DNA of 63,946 nt, the filler included, from Octopus bimaculoides (taxonomy: Eukaryota): assembly GCF_001194135.2 (NCBI RefSeq). It is 7 parts of 6 records of this genome, joined end to end, with 100 filler letters (N's around TTAATTAATTAA, not from the genome) between each part and the next. Parts side by side here need not be neighbours in the genome. Positions count along the whole stretch, not along the records: positions 58,821 to 62,734 come from NC_068988.1; positions 62,835 to 63,946 come from NW_026430100.1; 5 more parts are not named here. One strand, given 5' to 3'. The position numbers were made by a program, and so were the translations under genes. Below the pieces are notes generated by a model that was not told the origin of the DNA, ran no database searches, and was given only the letters and a program-made list of their open reading frames with translations. Shown in pieces: positions 61,167 to 63,946 of this stretch (positions within the stretch are counted from its first letter, which is position 1; the number at the start of each line of letters is the position of its first letter).

Positions 61167-62429
61167 GGGCAATATACAGTTTAAGCACCGGTCACGAAAA
61201 AAAAAAAAAAACAAGTCTACTACGTGCAATAAAATGTGTTGATGAATATGCAAACAAAAAATTGCGCAAACGATTTTTTTTTTATTTTCAGAAAACTGAC
61301 AAGATCCGATTTTCCCCTCATAACTTTCAGGAAAATGGATGTATATATTAATGAAATGTTATAGGAATGCCGTTCGAATGGTACAAATTACGATTATAAA
61401 GAAATTTCTGGGGGAAATGTTTTCCGAAGTGTTGGGAAGAGGATTTCCAAAAATTTACACGATCCGATTTTTACCCTCATAGCTTCCAGGAAAATGGATA
61501 TTTTTTCATAGGATTTAACAGAAACNNNNNNNNNNNNNNNNNNNNNNNNNNNNNNNNNNNNNNNNNNNNNNNNNNNNNNNNNNNNNNNNNNNNNNNNNNN
61601 NNNNNNNNNNNNNNNNNNNNNNNNNNNNNNNNNNNNNNNNNNNNNNNNNNNNNNNNNNNNNNNNNNNNNNNNNNNNNNNNNNNNNNNNNNNNNNNNNNNN
61701 NNNNNNNNNNNNNNNNNNNNNNNNNNNNNNNNNNNNNNNNNNNNNNNNNNNAAAAAAAAAAAGATAACGTGTAGAAAATGAATATGCAAGCAAAAATTTG
61801 AGCAAACGAATGTGGAGTGGAGAGGAATTTCTGGAAACTCACATGATCCGATTTTTTCCTACATAACTTTCAGGAAAATGGATTTCTTTTAATGAAATTT
61901 TACAGAAACATATTTCAAACAGCATAGATTAGGATTACAAAGAAATTTGTGGCGAAAATAGTTTCCGAAAAGCTGGGGACAGAGGCAACTAAGTTATACA
62001 TTCATCTCTCGAACCATTAACAACCATGATGAAGGTATGTACATGTATGTTTGCACATTTTGTTTTCATATTCGTTTTCTACACGTTTTTTTTTACACAT
62101 ATTAGTATTGTTTTTAACGTTTGGATGACCGGGCGCTAAAGTAGATCCTGAAAGTTATGATGGAAAAAAAAAACGGATTGTGTGAACTTTCCTATTGTCC
62201 CCTTCGGAAAACATTTTCCCCACAAATTTCTGTAAATTTTCATCAAAAGATATTCAATTACCTGAATGTTATAATGGAAAAGATTGGATCTTGAGAATTT
62301 TCTGAAAGTCTTCTCCTCACCCAACCGCGTTCATTTTCGCAAACCTTTCTTTGTATGTTCCTTTACTACACATGTTATTACACCACATACGCTGTTTTTT
62401 TGTACCGGAGCTTAAACTGTATATTGACC
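61167..62429. mobile_element. Foldback/MULE-like non-autonomous DNA transposon with modular TIRs
   Basis: GGGCAATATACAGTTTAAGCACCGG ... CCGGAGCTTAAACTGTATATTGACC; flanked by the direct repeat GAAAATA. Internal about 170-bp units (gatccgattttt...cataactttcaggaaaatgga) run direct on the left and inverted on the right. Confidence 0.8.
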
Positions 62430-62690
62430 GAAAATATATTTAGAAAAGAGACAAGGAATCTACATGAGACGATGACAGAGTGAATACGATTTAGAAGAAA
62501 GATCAGAACGAATAGCATTACAAAACCGGCGTTGAATGCGCTCCAACAGAGTTAAACAATGAGCAGGAACCCGGCCCATATGTGACAACAGTACTCAATG
62601 TAGGGGCGAATGATGAACTTATAAAGATAAAGGATAGTCTCAGGAGTGAGATAACTCATTGAAAGAAGGAGTGAGCCTAACTTTATTGCA
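62430..62690 (-). mobile_element. L2/Crack-like LINE ORF2 (5' half of the split copy)
   Basis: Minus strand: YLTPETILYLYKFIIRPYIEYCCHIWAG...LLERIQRRFCNAI...SLCHR..VDSLSLFSK, continuing into YFHGHC on the other side of the insertion. Confidence 0.8.
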
Positions 62691-62694
62691 CCCG

Positions 62695-62734
<40 letters not shown>

Positions 62735-62834
62735 NNNNNNNNNNNNNNNNNNNNNNNNNNNNNNNNNNNNNNNNNNNNTTAATTAATTAANNNNNNNNNN
62801 NNNNNNNNNNNNNNNNNNNNNNNNNNNNNNNNNN
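62735..62834. other. Assembly spacer (N44-TTAATTAATTAA-N44)
   Basis: Fixed 100-bp spacer. Confidence 0.95.
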
Positions 62835-62929
62835 TGTGTGTGTGTGAGTTATAAAAATGTGCTTTTAAATGCATTTATGCACGCTAATGCAATCAGACCT
62901 CACCGCTACCGCAGTCATCTATATATTTA

Positions 62930-63214
62930 TGCCACAGGCACACACGCACATACGCACACACGCATACAGATATACCCCACCCACACGCATATATACGCGC
63001 ACACACACCTGCACGCATGTATGATCTTAGCAACATTATCCCCAAAAGCCATTACGTGTATACACACCGGAAAGTATCGTAATGCATACAAATAACTAAA
63101 GCTATGCGCATATACATACATACGTGTGTATACACACACACGCACATATATATATATATATATATATGCAATTGTGTCAACGTATACGTATGCATGTGTA
63201 TATCTATATACCAA

Positions 63215-63260
<46 letters not shown>

Positions 63261-63285
63261 NNNNNNNNNNNNNNNNNNNNNNNNN

Positions 63286-63328
<43 letters not shown>

Positions 63329-63946
63329 CAAGTATGTATATATGTGTGTGTATTATATGTTTATATATATATATGTGTATATGTATATATGTATTATATA
63401 TGTATATATATGCGCATATGAATATATATATGTATATATTTGAATATATGTATATATGTATAAAACTATATATAGGTTTGTACACTTGGATGTGTACGTG
63501 TGTGTGCGTGTGTGTGTGTGCGCTTGGCGTGTGTACGTTATAATCTCTGCAAAGTACAATTCCATCAGCCATTTTGAAATTGGTCCATCAATGTCACCAG
63601 AACGTATTTACGTATTTACTTTAGCTTTCTATTTCAGGAGCGGGGAAGATTATCTCTCTCTCTCTCACACACACATATACATACATATATACACATACAT
63701 ATATGCACATACACACATACATCACATTCATATGCAAATTTATATATGAATTCATGCAGACACACAAACACAAACACCCTTGCACATATATATTTGTATA
63801 TATACATAAACATTGAATAATTTTTCGCTCAAACACGCACACATGCATGCATATACACTTACGTACACACACATGTTCCTATCTAGTTGCCTATCTCTAT
63901 ATATGTTCTCTCTTTGTGTGTGTGTGTGTGTATGTATATATATATA
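62930..63946. repeat. Degenerate (CA)n/(TA)n/(TG)n low-complexity tract
   Basis: Direct reading. Confidence 0.85.

Overview
AT-rich, microsatellite- and transposon-dense eukaryotic DNA. The tRNA-derived SINE families and repeat landscape suggest an octopus (coleoid cephalopod) draft assembly; this is an inference. Six 100-bp N/TTAATTAATTAA/N spacers split the window into seven segments, so adjacency across them is not guaranteed. The only host gene I can support is a + strand matrix metalloproteinase (M10A/matrixin). Three in-phase exons are visible (29190-29421, 32609-32767, 33378-33734), covering most of the catalytic domain, a Ser/Thr-rich linker and the start of a hemopexin domain. Its zinc motif reads HQIGHSLGLFH: the catalytic Glu is replaced by Gln while the zinc ligands, Met-turn and reading frame are intact, pointing to a pseudo-protease. 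The pro-domain and most hemopexin exons were not found. The rest is mobile DNA: a decayed Ginger1/GIN-type integrase transposon, Dong/R4, RTE, L2/Crack-like, Tx1/L1 and Penelope-like retroelement fragments, several hammerhead-ribozyme-like motifs, Helitron/Helentron pieces, a mariner fragment, MITE/foldback elements, many SINEs and tRNA-Val-like sequences. TE boundaries were read by eye and are approximate.
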